The position numbers and the translations under genes were made by a program. The notes beneath the pieces were generated by a model, which saw only the letters and a program-made list of their open reading frames with translations, was not told where the DNA came from and did not search any database. DNA of 64,000 bases from Verrucomicrobiia bacterium (lineage in GTDB: Bacteria; Verrucomicrobiota; Verrucomicrobiia; Palsa-1439), in NCBI GenBank assembly GCA_035541135.1, contig DATKNW010000016.1, positions 258,221 through 322,220 on the forward strand, read 5' to 3'. Positions 28,041-37,511 of this stretch are shown here, piece after piece (positions within the stretch are counted from its first letter, which is position 1; each line of letters starts with the position of its first letter).

Positions 28041-28922
28041 GTGAACGCATCCGGACCAGCACCTGTATTGACCGTGAAGCCTGCGGGAAGCCAGCCCGCG
28101 TCTCTGGTCAGCCTCCTGATGCCGTGGCGGATCGTTCGGGATTTGCGTCGTCACGGCAGCCTGATCCTGCAATTTACGAAACGCGACGTGCTGGTGCGCT
28201 ATCGCGGGTCCTACCTGGGGGTGTTCTGGTCACTGCTGCGCCCGCTGTGCACGCTGGCTGTGTTTGGCGTGGTGTTTGGATACATTTTCCAGTCGCGATT
28301 GAGCAATGATCCCAACGAAAGCAAGGTCGACTTCGCCATGGCGTTGTTTTGCGGGTTGAGCATGCTGGACTTCATTTCCGAATGCCTCGGGCGCGCCCCG
28401 ACACTGATCCTGATGAACAGCAACTACGTCACCAAAGTGGTTTTTCCGTTGGAGGTTCTGCCGGTGTCCGTCGCCGTGGCGGCGATTGTGCATCTGATCG
28501 TGAGTTTGATTCCACTGGCCGCGGCCTATCTGGTGGTGCATCACACCTTGCACATGACGGCCCTGTACATTCCGCTGATTGTGATCCCCCTGTTCTTCCT
28601 CGGGCTGGGAATCGCCTGGTTGTTTTCCAGTCTCGGAGTGTTTATTCGCGACATCAACTCCCTGGTTCCCGTGTTGCTGTTGATCCTCATGTACTGCAGC
28701 GCGATCTTCTACCGGATGAGCAAGGTGCCGCCGCAACTGCGCTTCATCGTGCATTACAACCCCCTGGCCGTGTTGGTGGACAATCTGCGGGACGTGTTCA
28801 TGTGGGGCCTGCCCGTGGATTGGGGACAGTTCGGCCTGATGACGCTGGTCTGCTTCGCCATTATGCTCGTCGGCTACGCGTTCTTCATGCGGACCAAGAG
28901 CGCGTTCGCCGATGTGATCTAG
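28041..28922 (+). CDS. wzm: ABC-2 type polysaccharide exporter permease
   Basis: KRDVLVRYRGSYLGVFWSLLRP and 6 TM helices. The start may instead be the ATG at 28119. Confidence 0.85.
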   Translation: MNASGPAPVLTVKPAGSQPASLVSLLMPWRIVRDLRRHGSLILQFTKRDVLVRYRGSYLGVFWSLLRPLCTLAVFGVVFGYIFQSRLSNDPNESKVDFAMALFCGLSMLDFISECLGRAPTLILMNSNYVTKVVFPLEVLPVSVAVAAIVHLIVSLIPLAAAYLVVHHTLHMTALYIPLIVIPLFFLGLGIAWLFSSLGVFIRDINSLVPVLLLILMYCSAIFYRMSKVPPQLRFIVHYNPLAVLVDNLRDVFMWGLPVDWGQFGLMTLVCFAIMLVGYAFFMRTKSAFADVI

Positions 28923-29686
28923 CGGGCCGGACCGCTGCGGACGACCACGCCGTCCTTCATTTCGTGGATGAAATCGCTCGCCCGCGCAATCAGCGGGTTG
29001 TGCGTCGCCAGCAGGAGCGCTTTCTGTTCGCGTTTCACAAGCTCGGTCAACAGCCGGAACACGCGTTCCGAGTTTTCCGTGTCGAGGTTGCCGGTCGGCT
29101 CATCGGCGAGCAGGATTTTGGGGTCGTTCGCCAGGGACCGCGCGATGGCCACGCGTTGTTGTTCCCCGCCGGACAAATGGTTGGCCGGGCGATCCAGCTT
29201 GTCGCCGAGCCCCACAGCGTCGAGCAACGTTCCCGCGCGGTGGCGCATTTCGCTTGTGGTCAGCCGCCCCAGACGCCGCATCGGAATCATCACGTTTTCC
29301 GCCGCCGTGAACTCGTTCATCAGGAAGTGAAACTGGAACACAAACCCGATCAACTCGTTACGCTTGGCGGACAACTCGTGGTCGGTCAGGCCGGACACGT
29401 CCTCGCCGCCAATGGCGATCCGCCCTTCATCGGGCGGGTCCAGCAGGCCGAGCACGTACAACAACGTGCTCTTGCCGCAGCCGGACGGGCCCACGATCGA
29501 ATGAACCGAGCCGACGCCGATATCCAGTGTGATTCCGCGCAGCACGTGGACGCGGGATTCGAACTCGCCCAGGTACCGGTGTAATCCGCGGCAGGACAAC
29601 GGCGTGGCCGGCGCTGTCGCCGCGGTCGAATCGGCCATGGACATGCTCGTGTCGGTCATGGCGGTCATCTCATTGGCCCGAGCCAC
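28919..29686 (-). CDS. ABC transporter ATP-binding protein (MacB/LolD-type)
   Basis: GPSGCGKSTLL, LSGGEQQRVAIARSL and LLADEPTGNLD. Confidence 0.9.
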   Translation of the reverse strand: MARANEMTAMTDTSMSMADSTAATAPATPLSCRGLHRYLGEFESRVHVLRGITLDIGVGSVHSIVGPSGCGKSTLLYVLGLLDPPDEGRIAIGGEDVSGLTDHELSAKRNELIGFVFQFHFLMNEFTAAENVMIPMRRLGRLTTSEMRHRAGTLLDAVGLGDKLDRPANHLSGGEQQRVAIARSLANDPKILLADEPTGNLDTENSERVFRLLTELVKREQKALLLATHNPLIARASDFIHEMKDGVVVRSGPAR

Positions 29687-30917
29687 GCAAGATGGTCACG
29701 GGCGCCAGCGCCGCCGCGCGCCGCGCCGGGAAGTAGCTGGCGATAAACACGCCCACGAACGCGATGCCGATGGCGGCGACGTAGTGGTGCCAGTTCCATG
29801 ACACGAGAAAATGGTCGGTCGCGAAGAACCCGCGGACGCGGACAGGAATGCGCGACACTCCCCAGGTCAACAACGCTCCCAGGATGCAGCCGGCGGCCGA
29901 GCCGATGACGGCCACGAGCAGACCTTGCCACAAGAAGATCGCGCTGATATCCGACCGCCGGTAGCCCATCGACCGCAAGATCGCAATCTCCCGGACCTTC
30001 TCCAGCACCATCAGCGTCAGGATGTTGAAGATGCCGAAGCCGGCCAGCACGATGATCGTCGAGACGGTAATCGCCGCTGAATAACGGATCGCCTTGAAGA
30101 TTTCCAGGTTGCCGCGTTCCCGCTCCTGCCAACTGCGCGACCGGTGTTGCAGCAAGTCCTCGAGGTGCGCGGCCAGTTGCGGCGCGCGCCCTGCATCGCG
30201 GAGCTTGACGATGATATAGGAGACTTCCGACGGCCGGCTGAGCAGGCTCTGCGCGACCCGCAAATGGACGTAGGCCCGCTTCTCGTCGATCATATTGTCG
30301 CCGGTGCGAAAGATGCCGCTCACCTCGAAGCTGCGGGTCTGGCCGTTGGCTCCCATGATCGAGATGGTGTTGCCCACCTCGAGGTTGAGCTTCTGCGCCA
30401 GCAGCACCCCGACGAGTATTCCCGAAGCCTTCTGGCGGAAGACACCGAGATCGCCGTCAATTACATAATTGCGCAGATCGGTCGCCTGGAGTTGGGCGTC
30501 CAGGTCGATGCCCTGCAGCCGGAACACCTCGCTGCGGAAGTCGGTCTGCATGCTGGCGCTGTCGTCCAACACGGGAGCGCAGGCAATCACGTTGGAGAAT
30601 TCGCGGATGGCCCGGATGACCTGGCTGGCGTCGGTGATGCCGGCGTAGTACTTGCGGGGCCGTTCGTTCTTGATGCTGACCAGGGCGTTTCCCTGATCGT
30701 CCAGCACCCCCGAGTAGCGATCCTGGAAACGATCCTCCACGACGATGGCCCCCGAGGTTCCCAGCACGGTCTGGATGTAGAACCGCTCGAAACCCTGGGT
30801 CTGCGCCTGGGTGCAAATGAAAAACGCCACGCCGAGAATGATGCCGCCCAGGCTGAGGATGATCGCCTTCTTGCGATGTCCGATGAACCGGAGGGCGATG
30901 TACAGCGGCGAAGGCAT
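29670..30917 (-). CDS. ABC transporter permease, FtsX/MacB-like with a periplasmic domain
   Basis: Four TM helices with a large loop after TM1. FtsX-type C-terminus: ..REIAILRSMGYRRSDI. Confidence 0.85.
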   Translation of the reverse strand: MPSPLYIALRFIGHRKKAIILSLGGIILGVAFFICTQAQTQGFERFYIQTVLGTSGAIVVEDRFQDRYSGVLDDQGNALVSIKNERPRKYYAGITDASQVIRAIREFSNVIACAPVLDDSASMQTDFRSEVFRLQGIDLDAQLQATDLRNYVIDGDLGVFRQKASGILVGVLLAQKLNLEVGNTISIMGANGQTRSFEVSGIFRTGDNMIDEKRAYVHLRVAQSLLSRPSEVSYIIVKLRDAGRAPQLAAHLEDLLQHRSRSWQERERGNLEIFKAIRYSAAITVSTIIVLAGFGIFNILTLMVLEKVREIAILRSMGYRRSDISAIFLWQGLLVAVIGSAAGCILGALLTWGVSRIPVRVRGFFATDHFLVSWNWHHYVAAIGIAFVGVFIASYFPARRAAALAPVTILRGSGQ

Positions 30918-30925
30918 GGCGACGG

Positions 30926-32044
30926 CTACATGTTGATCGTCACGGCGCGGACACGCTGGCCCGGCCGGAACAAATCCTGGTCGGCCACGACGACCTGCTC
31001 CCCTTCGTGGAGGCCGTCGAGGATCTCCGCGCGCTCCAGGTTGTGGAACCCGATTTTCACGTTGCGGGGCTTGACGATCTCGTCCTTGACGACGAGCACC
31101 CGCCCGTTCAGCAGCGCGCTCGACGGGATGATGAGCGCGTTCTCGCGCTGGCCGGCGATGATGTTCATTTCTCCGGTCATCCCCGCCATCAAGTTGGTGG
31201 GGGTGTTGTCCAGGGTGAGGACCACGGTGTAGCGCTCGTTGTTGGCGGTCGGCAGAATCCGGCTGACCGTGGCCATCAAATTCGTGTCCGGATAGGAATA
31301 CAACCGCACCGCCGCCTTCATTTTCGGCGCCACCTGGCCGACATCCTCCTCGTTAATTTCGCCGGTCAGGTACATCGACTTCGTGGCGACGACAAATGGG
31401 ATCGCGCCCTCGTTGATGAATTCGCCGTTCACACAGCCGATCGAGTCCAGATACCCCGTCAGCGGCGACCGGAGGTCGCACCGCGCCTTGCGGTCCTCGA
31501 GGACGCCCGCCTGCTCGCGGAGAACCGAGACCGCCCGATCCAGCTCCAGTTGCTCCATCCGCACTCGTTCGCGGAGGGTTTGAACCAGGCTGCGTTGCCG
31601 GTCCACGTCGCTGGCCGGAACGTTCTGCATTTCCCCCAGTTTTTCCAGGCGGGCCAGTTGCGCTTCATCGTTGCCGAGCTCGGGCAGGCTGGGCGGGCCC
31701 AACCGCTGTCTTTCCTCGGCGGCGTTCAGCTCCGTCTCGGCGTTGGCCAGTTCGCGGTCGAGGTCTTCGTTGACGATCGTCGCCAGCAGTTCGCCCTGCG
31801 TGACCGCCAGGCCAACCGTGCTGTTCGTGGCGATCCGATCGGAAAAGTGGATCGTGCCGCTGCTGCGCGCGTGCGTGCTGATCGCCATGGACGCGACGAC
31901 CTTGACGGTCCCGTACACCGCCGAGACCGCCGTGCCGCGCTGAACGACGTACACCTCGGCGACCGGGCGCGAGACCCGCAGCCCGTACAGGACTGCCACC
32001 GTTGCCGAGATGATCACCGCCGCCAGGATGACTGTTTTCTTCAT
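30926..32044 (-). CDS. Periplasmic adaptor (HlyD/MacA family)
   Basis: An N-terminal anchor (MKKTVILAAV), then an alpha-helical hairpin and beta-barrel segments. The ATG at 32044 was chosen. Confidence 0.85.
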   Translation of the reverse strand: MKKTVILAAVIISATVAVLYGLRVSRPVAEVYVVQRGTAVSAVYGTVKVVASMAISTHARSSGTIHFSDRIATNSTVGLAVTQGELLATIVNEDLDRELANAETELNAAEERQRLGPPSLPELGNDEAQLARLEKLGEMQNVPASDVDRQRSLVQTLRERVRMEQLELDRAVSVLREQAGVLEDRKARCDLRSPLTGYLDSIGCVNGEFINEGAIPFVVATKSMYLTGEINEEDVGQVAPKMKAAVRLYSYPDTNLMATVSRILPTANNERYTVVLTLDNTPTNLMAGMTGEMNIIAGQRENALIIPSSALLNGRVLVVKDEIVKPRNVKIGFHNLERAEILDGLHEGEQVVVADQDLFRPGQRVRAVTINM

Positions 32045-32098
32045 GTGAAGGACAAGCGGCCCGATACTAATCGCGCCCGCGCGGCAAGACAAGCGCCG

Positions 32099-33526
32099 TC
32101 ATTGAGGGTCGTCAAAATGAAATTGCAGGTAGCGGCCGGTGACGCGGTCCAACTCGGCCCGCGCGACTTCATGGCTGTACACGGCGTCGGTCATCACCTC
32201 CCGCACCCGCAGCAGGTCGTTCTGGGCTTTGAGAAAGTCCAGTTGTGTGGCCTGTCCGAGCGCGACTTGCGCCTCGATCAAATTCAGGCTTTCCCCGGCC
32301 TGGGCGACCGATTGGACGAGCGCTTCATGGCGCGCGTCGGCGTCTTGCAGCGAGCCTTCCACTGCCGCCAGCTCCCGCGGGACATTCTGCTCGAGCTTGT
32401 GAAGCACCGTCTGGTAGCCTTCGCGCACGGCTTCGAGCCGTTGACTTTCACCGGTGACCTGCCCGGTGTCGATGACCTGCCAGGCCATCGCCACGCCGAG
32501 CCGACCTTCGGATGACTGCGTTTGCTGCCCGGTAACGATCTGGGTTTGCCGGGTGAGCAAATAATTGTCCGGGATGAACAACCCGGAGCCGATCAGCGAC
32601 ACCGTTGGGAAGTAGCCCGCGCGCGTCGTCTGTCGGTCCGCCGCCGTCGCGTCAATCAGGGCGCGCAACAGCTTCAGGTCGGCGCGGTGTTGCACGGCGT
32701 ACGCGGATTCTTGCGGCACGTCCACGTTCACCATGGCGTACTCCAGCTCGCCCACCGGCCGCGGCAACCACAACTGCCGCGAACCATTGACCTCGTCGCG
32801 CGGGTTCAGCCCGCACAGCGCGGCGATCCTGGTCACGACCGAGAGATACTCGCCGCGCAGGTCCGAGGTCTCCAGCTTCAGGTTCAGCGCCTGGACTTTT
32901 GCCGCCGCCACGGCTTCGCGGCCGCCCGTGCCGACGTCGAACCGACGTTGTTCGGCGTCCACGTTTGCCTCGAGCCGTTTCTCGATCTCGTCGTGCAGCG
33001 CGATGCGGTCGCGAAGATACAACGCCCGCAGAAACGTCGTCCGCGCTTCATGCAACCGGTCCGTCACCTCGCGGTTGAGGGCTTGCTCAGCGATGACGAC
33101 CTCCAGCCTCCCGCGCCGGAGCGATGGCGGAATCCCCAGATCGATCAACGGTTGGGAGAGCTGCGCCCACACGGCGCTGAATGCGCTCGGAACCAGTTGG
33201 CGGGAGCTGTTGGTGGAGATGACGCCCGTGCGCGGGTTCGTGTCGATCTCGGGCGACTTGTACAGGTTGCCTCCGCGGAGACCAACGGTCGCCTGCCCGT
33301 TGAGATCCGCCAGCGCCCGCGAGCGGTAGACGATTCTCGTGCCGGCGGCGCGCTCCAATTCCGTGCGCAACGCCTGGATCTCGGGGTACCGTTGCAGGGT
33401 TTGCGCCAGGCAATCGTCCAGCGTCAGATCGTAGGTCCGCGCCTGCTGTTCGAGTGGGGCGCAGACCGCTGGCGCGGCGGCGGCGATCAGCAGAACACCG
33501 CAGACAATGGCGTCACGCAGCCTCAT
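32099..33526 (-). CDS. TolC-family outer membrane factor (paralogue 2)
   Basis: A signal peptide and duplicated OEP repeats. ATGA overlap with the upstream gene. Confidence 0.85.
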   Translation of the reverse strand: MRLRDAIVCGVLLIAAAAPAVCAPLEQQARTYDLTLDDCLAQTLQRYPEIQALRTELERAAGTRIVYRSRALADLNGQATVGLRGGNLYKSPEIDTNPRTGVISTNSSRQLVPSAFSAVWAQLSQPLIDLGIPPSLRRGRLEVVIAEQALNREVTDRLHEARTTFLRALYLRDRIALHDEIEKRLEANVDAEQRRFDVGTGGREAVAAAKVQALNLKLETSDLRGEYLSVVTRIAALCGLNPRDEVNGSRQLWLPRPVGELEYAMVNVDVPQESAYAVQHRADLKLLRALIDATAADRQTTRAGYFPTVSLIGSGLFIPDNYLLTRQTQIVTGQQTQSSEGRLGVAMAWQVIDTGQVTGESQRLEAVREGYQTVLHKLEQNVPRELAAVEGSLQDADARHEALVQSVAQAGESLNLIEAQVALGQATQLDFLKAQNDLLRVREVMTDAVYSHEVARAELDRVTGRYLQFHFDDPQ

Positions 33527-34896
33527 CGGGCGCCTCCGGTTGACGCGCGTGTCTCGGTCACCTGAAACCGACTGCCCATGGCGCGTTCCAGGCGCGCCAG
33601 CGCGGCATTGTAGTCAAACCGTGCCGACAATTCCGCCGTTTGCGCCCGCGTCAGGTCCAGCCGGGCCTGGAGCAGCTCCAGCTGGCTGATCAATCCGACC
33701 CCGAAGTTGGCCGTGGCCAGGCCGAGCGATTCAGTGGCGAGCTGGACGTTCGCCGTCTGGGTCTGAATGTTCTCCTCGGCGCGCTGCAGGTCGCGGAACG
33801 CGCGGACCACGTCGGTTTGAATGTTCCGCCGCGTCGCGTCGAACTGGATATCCGCCGCCTCGATGCGCGCCCGTGTCTCGCGCATCCGGCCCCGGGACGC
33901 CAGCCCGTCGAAGATGTCCCAATTGACCTGCACGCCCGCGACGTATCCGTCATAGTAATCGCGCGGAAGCGTGACGTCCGGCTCGCTGACCACGTCGTAG
34001 CCGGTATACAGGTTCACATGGGGCAGCACGTCGCTGCGATCGACGGTGAGTTGTTTCTTCTGGACCTTGATGTCGTTCTCCCGGGCGGTGAGTTCGGGGC
34101 GCTGGATCAACGCCCGCGACAGGCAATCGTTGATCTCCCAGGCTGACTTCTCGTATACCAGCGCGCCCTCGACATCGAAGGGAACCTGATCCTGATCGAT
34201 CGAGTAGGAGATCGACAACAATTCGCTCAGGCGGAGATAGGAGTTGCGCAAGCGGTTGCGCGAATCCACCAGGGCCGATTGCTCCAGGGCGAGGTTGACC
34301 TCGGCCCGCAGCACGTTGAGTTTCTGGCCGGTGCCGACGTCGAGCTTGGCCCGCTCGTTCTTGCTCTGTTCGGCGAGGAAACTCACGGCTTGCTCGTGGA
34401 CGGTGACATCGGCCTTGTTTCGCAGGATGTCGTAAAACGCGATGCGCACGTCCGCGATCACCTGGTCGACCACCGCCTCGAAGTCCCGGGTGCGGGATTG
34501 TTTCTGGAGGCGGGCGATGTCCATCCGCGCGCCCACGGCGCCCCCCGAATAAATGGTCTCGGTCAGGCGGATGTTGACACTCCAGAGATACGTTCGATAG
34601 TTGGCCGTGCCGCCCAACGTGGCGTAGTCCGTGGCGAGCTTCTCGTAGCTGGCGTAGCTCGTGAGGCTGGGCAGGAACCCGGCGCGGGCCTCGACAATGG
34701 CGCCCGCGGCTTCTTCGAGGCGCTTCCTGGCGGTCAGCACATCGGGATTTTGCTCGAGGGCGCGGTCGACGCATTGCGGGAGCGTGTAATGCGGGAATGG
34801 CGGCGGCGCGTTGGTGGCGATGGCGCCGTCCGCCCCCACCCATCGCGCGCACCCCAGCGCCATCAAACAACAGAAGATTATTCGTCGCAGCAGCAA
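33523..34896 (-). CDS. TolC-family outer membrane factor (paralogue 1)
   Basis: The TTG start gives the signal peptide MLLRRIIFCCLMALGC. OEP repeats are present. Confidence 0.85.
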   Translation of the reverse strand: MLLRRIIFCCLMALGCARWVGADGAIATNAPPPFPHYTLPQCVDRALEQNPDVLTARKRLEEAAGAIVEARAGFLPSLTSYASYEKLATDYATLGGTANYRTYLWSVNIRLTETIYSGGAVGARMDIARLQKQSRTRDFEAVVDQVIADVRIAFYDILRNKADVTVHEQAVSFLAEQSKNERAKLDVGTGQKLNVLRAEVNLALEQSALVDSRNRLRNSYLRLSELLSISYSIDQDQVPFDVEGALVYEKSAWEINDCLSRALIQRPELTARENDIKVQKKQLTVDRSDVLPHVNLYTGYDVVSEPDVTLPRDYYDGYVAGVQVNWDIFDGLASRGRMRETRARIEAADIQFDATRRNIQTDVVRAFRDLQRAEENIQTQTANVQLATESLGLATANFGVGLISQLELLQARLDLTRAQTAELSARFDYNAALARLERAMGSRFQVTETRASTGGAR

Positions 34897-34956
34897 GCGG
34901 CAGAAGTTGTAATGACAAACCGCGCCTTTGCCAACGACTTTCGCTGTCCATCGCGT

Positions 34957-35703
34957 TCAGGCACGGGCGCTGAGGGAGGCTGATGAACGGCCCGTGTCCG
35001 ACGGGGCGACATCCTCCTGCAACGGATAATCAATTTGCGACGCGACGGCGCGCCGAATCGCCTGGGTCAGCTCGTCCACGCTGGAAAAGGCGCGCGGATC
35101 GAGCGGTGGATGGAAATGCACTTCCACGTTGCCCCAGAATTTGTTCGGCCGGGGGATGCTCTTGAATAGCGGCTGAACGCCGCGCAGGCTGCACGGCACG
35201 ATCTGCGCCCCAGTCTCCATTGCTGCCCAAGCTGCGCCGGGTTGAAATGGTCCGAGCGCATCGAGCCGTTTGCCCTCGCAGGCGATGATCACGCTGCGGC
35301 CGTTGCGCAGGTGGAGCATCATCTGCCAGAGCGCCTGCGACCGCGCGGCTTTCTGGCTGGTGCGGCCGATGGGCACGACCCGCCACGCCCGCAGCCAGGA
35401 ACCGATGAGCGGGTATTGCAGCGTGCCCTGCCACGTCACCGGCACGGGCATTTCGCCGAGGACCCGCCGGCCGACCGCGAGCATGAAGAACAGATCGTAG
35501 TGCGACCCGTGGTTGTAGCAGAGAATCAGCGGCCGCGACGCGGGCAGCGATTCCGTGCCGCGCAATCGCAGCCCGAACAAGCCGCGCAACGCCAGGTCGT
35601 ATCCACCCTCAAACAGTCGGGAGCGAATCAGCCCGTACCACCACGGGTCTTTGGCGGCAGCGCCCATGGGGTGTTTGTGGGCCAGCGAGGGAGCGGTTGT
35701 CAC
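34957..35703 (-). CDS. Lysophospholipid/1-acylglycerol-3-phosphate acyltransferase family protein
   Basis: HX4D motif NHGSHYD and ACEGKR. The GTG at 35703 overlaps the upstream stop (GTGA); an alternative ATG lies at 35667. Confidence 0.75.
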   Translation of the reverse strand: MTTAPSLAHKHPMGAAAKDPWWYGLIRSRLFEGGYDLALRGLFGLRLRGTESLPASRPLILCYNHGSHYDLFFMLAVGRRVLGEMPVPVTWQGTLQYPLIGSWLRAWRVVPIGRTSQKAARSQALWQMMLHLRNGRSVIIACEGKRLDALGPFQPGAAWAAMETGAQIVPCSLRGVQPLFKSIPRPNKFWGNVEVHFHPPLDPRAFSSVDELTQAIRRAVASQIDYPLQEDVAPSDTGRSSASLSARA

Positions 35704-36047
35704 GCACGAAATATGAAATACACCGCGCCGACCAGGCACAGCCCGGCCCAGATGAAATCGAGTTTGATCGGCTGGCGCATGTAAAGGACGGCAAACGGCA
35801 CGAACACCGACAGCGTGACCACCTCCTGAATGATTTTCAATTGCGAGAGATTCAGCGCCGTGTAACCGATGCGGTTGGCGGGCACCTGGAGCATGTATTC
35901 GAAGAAGGCAATGCCCCAACTCAGCGCGGCGGCGATATACCATTTCTTGTCATGCCAGTTGCGCAGATGCGCGTACCAGGCAAACGTCATAAACGTGTTC
36001 GAGCAGGCCAACAGGAAAACCGTCTTGAGAACGATGGAACTTTTCAT
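35700..36047 (-). CDS. Small DMT-superfamily membrane protein (DUF486-like)
   Basis: 115 aa with 4 TM helices, including FMTFAWYAHL and LSQLKIIQEVVTL. Confidence 0.75.
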   Translation of the reverse strand: MKSSIVLKTVFLLACSNTFMTFAWYAHLRNWHDKKWYIAAALSWGIAFFEYMLQVPANRIGYTALNLSQLKIIQEVVTLSVFVPFAVLYMRQPIKLDFIWAGLCLVGAVYFIFRA

Positions 36048-36120
36048 TCGCGGAACATACCAAACAAAAACCGGCTCCGCAAAGTGCCGGCCCGGCCCCG
36101 CCTGCCCCGCGAGCCGCGCC

Positions 36121-36228
36121 CAATCACCTCAACAATCTCTGTTGACATCGCCCCCGGACGCGCCAAGATGCCGGGCACGGAGCAGCGCATGGAGAATCTG
36201 TCACGTGACGGGAACCGACCCCGATACT
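36121..36228 (+). repeat. Island repeat family 2, copy a
   Basis: GTTGACAT..CGCGCCAAGATGCCGGGCACGGAGCAGCGCATGGAGAATCTGTCACGTG..CCCCGATACT. It ends 24 nt before the next start codon and contains the palindrome GTCACGTGAC. Confidence 0.75.
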
Positions 36229-36251
36229 GATGTGCTTGGAGGAGCGAGCCG

Positions 36252-36563
36252 GTGACGAAGCAATGGCGTAGAGTGAGGATCTGTTTTGCTGCATTGCTTG
36301 CAGCCTACGTCACGGTGTACTTGGTGCTTACGGCGAACGGGAGGTATTGCCCTGGTGCCGTTGGATTACGGGGTCCAATATCCTATCAATGGGCTCCGTT
36401 AGGGTTCCGGACGCACGGGTCTGAACAATCCGGAAGGGGCTCGGAACAGTATAGTGGCTGGAATGTGTTTATGTTCAAACTGTTCCTGCCCTTATACTAC
36501 GTTGACACGCGTGTGTTTCATAAGGCCGGTGGTATTGAGAAGATCGAAGGAGCCAACCAGTAG
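36252..36563 (+). CDS. Hypothetical small membrane-anchored protein
   Basis: GTG start and one N-terminal TM helix (ICFAALLAAYVTVYLVL). No family was recognised. Confidence 0.45.
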   Translation: MTKQWRRVRICFAALLAAYVTVYLVLTANGRYCPGAVGLRGPISYQWAPLGFRTHGSEQSGRGSEQYSGWNVFMFKLFLPLYYVDTRVFHKAGGIEKIEGANQ

Positions 36564-36714
36564 TGAGCGCGATGCCAGCCACGACGAATAGTCGAAGGTA
36601 TCAACTGTTGACACGTGAGCAACGCGGGCATACGCCAGTGGCTGGCCGAACTGACCCGCAAAGCGAAAATGTCATGAATACAGGTCTGACCCCGGAAACA
36701 GACAGGTCTGACCC
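36552..36714 (+). mobile_element. Miniature gene-less derivative 1 of the RayT-like element
   Basis: A left arm (..CAACTGTTGACAC..AACGCGGGCATACGCCAG) is joined directly to a right arm (GGCTGGCCGAACTG.CCCGCAAAGCGAAAATGTCATGAATACAGGTCTGACCCC). Confidence 0.6.
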
Positions 36715-36727
36715 AGGAACCGTACTC

Positions 36728-36796
36728 GGACGCGCCAAGATGCCGGGCACGGAGCAGCGCATGGAGAATCTGTCACGTGTCAAGAGACCCCGATAA
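36728..36796 (+). repeat. Island repeat family 2, copy b (5'-truncated)
   Basis: Near-identical core to copy a. It ends 43 nt before the 36839 start. Confidence 0.75.
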
Positions 36797-36838
36797 TCCT
36801 TTCGGTGGGTAGTTCTCAGCGGGTGGGTCGTAGAGAAT

Positions 36839-37498
36839 ATGAGTACGCATTTCACAGGACAATTGGGAAGAGCGGCCGGTGCTCTGGTGGGACTCGGCCT
36901 GATCGGTATCGTGGCGTGCGGCTTGGTAAAACGCGGTAACGAGGTCGCCGCCATAAAAGCGATTGAGCGCAAGGGCGGGTTTGTGGAAATTAGCCAAAAG
37001 GGGCCACGTTGGTTCGCAGGATTGTTCGGCGATTATTATCCATTCAGAAGAGTCTTCCTCGTGGAACTCGGTTTCGGGAATAGTGACGCAGACGTAAAGG
37101 TAATCGAATCTCTGCCACAAGCCAAAATGGTGTTCCTAAACGGGACAACGGTGAGGGGCCCCGGATTGGCTGTTTTGAGCAGTTTGCGTGCGCTTCAGTT
37201 TGTCGATTTGACGCAGAGTGATATTACAGACGAAGGCCTGCAATACTTGGACGGGATTCAAACACTTCAAAGATTGGGTCTGGCGAGAACGAAGATATCG
37301 GATGCGGGCCTAGCACACCTGCGGTCGTGCGTGAACTTGCGGGAGCTGGATTTAGAGGGAACAGCCGTGACGGATGCCGGGCTGTACCACCTCGAAAGCG
37401 CGCCGCTAAAAAGGCTCGATATCCGGGGGACCCTGGTCACAAGCAAGGGAATCTCGTGGGCGAAAAGGAATTGGCCCGGGTTGGAAATCGTTCAGTGA
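36839..37498 (+). CDS. Membrane-anchored leucine-rich repeat protein (RNI-like LRR)
   Basis: An N-terminal TM helix, then repeats such as LQFVDLTQSDITDEGLQYL, LGLARTKISDAGLAHL and LDLEGTAVTDAGLYHL. Confidence 0.75.
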   Translation: MSTHFTGQLGRAAGALVGLGLIGIVACGLVKRGNEVAAIKAIERKGGFVEISQKGPRWFAGLFGDYYPFRRVFLVELGFGNSDADVKVIESLPQAKMVFLNGTTVRGPGLAVLSSLRALQFVDLTQSDITDEGLQYLDGIQTLQRLGLARTKISDAGLAHLRSCVNLRELDLEGTAVTDAGLYHLESAPLKRLDIRGTLVTSKGISWAKRNWPGLEIVQ

Positions 37499-37511
37499 TC
37501 TGGTATGAGGC

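Noticed and set aside
26002-28062. 686-aa minus-strand ORF, and similar very long antisense ORFs: 2974-3978, 3728-5191, 9702-11045, 12869-14122, 15796-16914, 39998-41170, 44810-46528, 46598-48547, 28349-29584, 30144-31232, 31007-32515, 32522-33565 and 54212-55441
   Set aside because: They lie antisense to genes with clear family motifs. Their translations are Arg/Pro/Gly/His-rich with no recognisable domains. This is typical shadow-ORF behaviour in high-GC DNA.
36071-36090. Hairpin CCGGC-N10-GCCGG next to an A-run (would be a minus-strand terminator)
   Set aside because: The stem is only 5 bp with a 10-nt loop. On the minus strand it lies upstream, not downstream, of a gene, so it is too weak to call.
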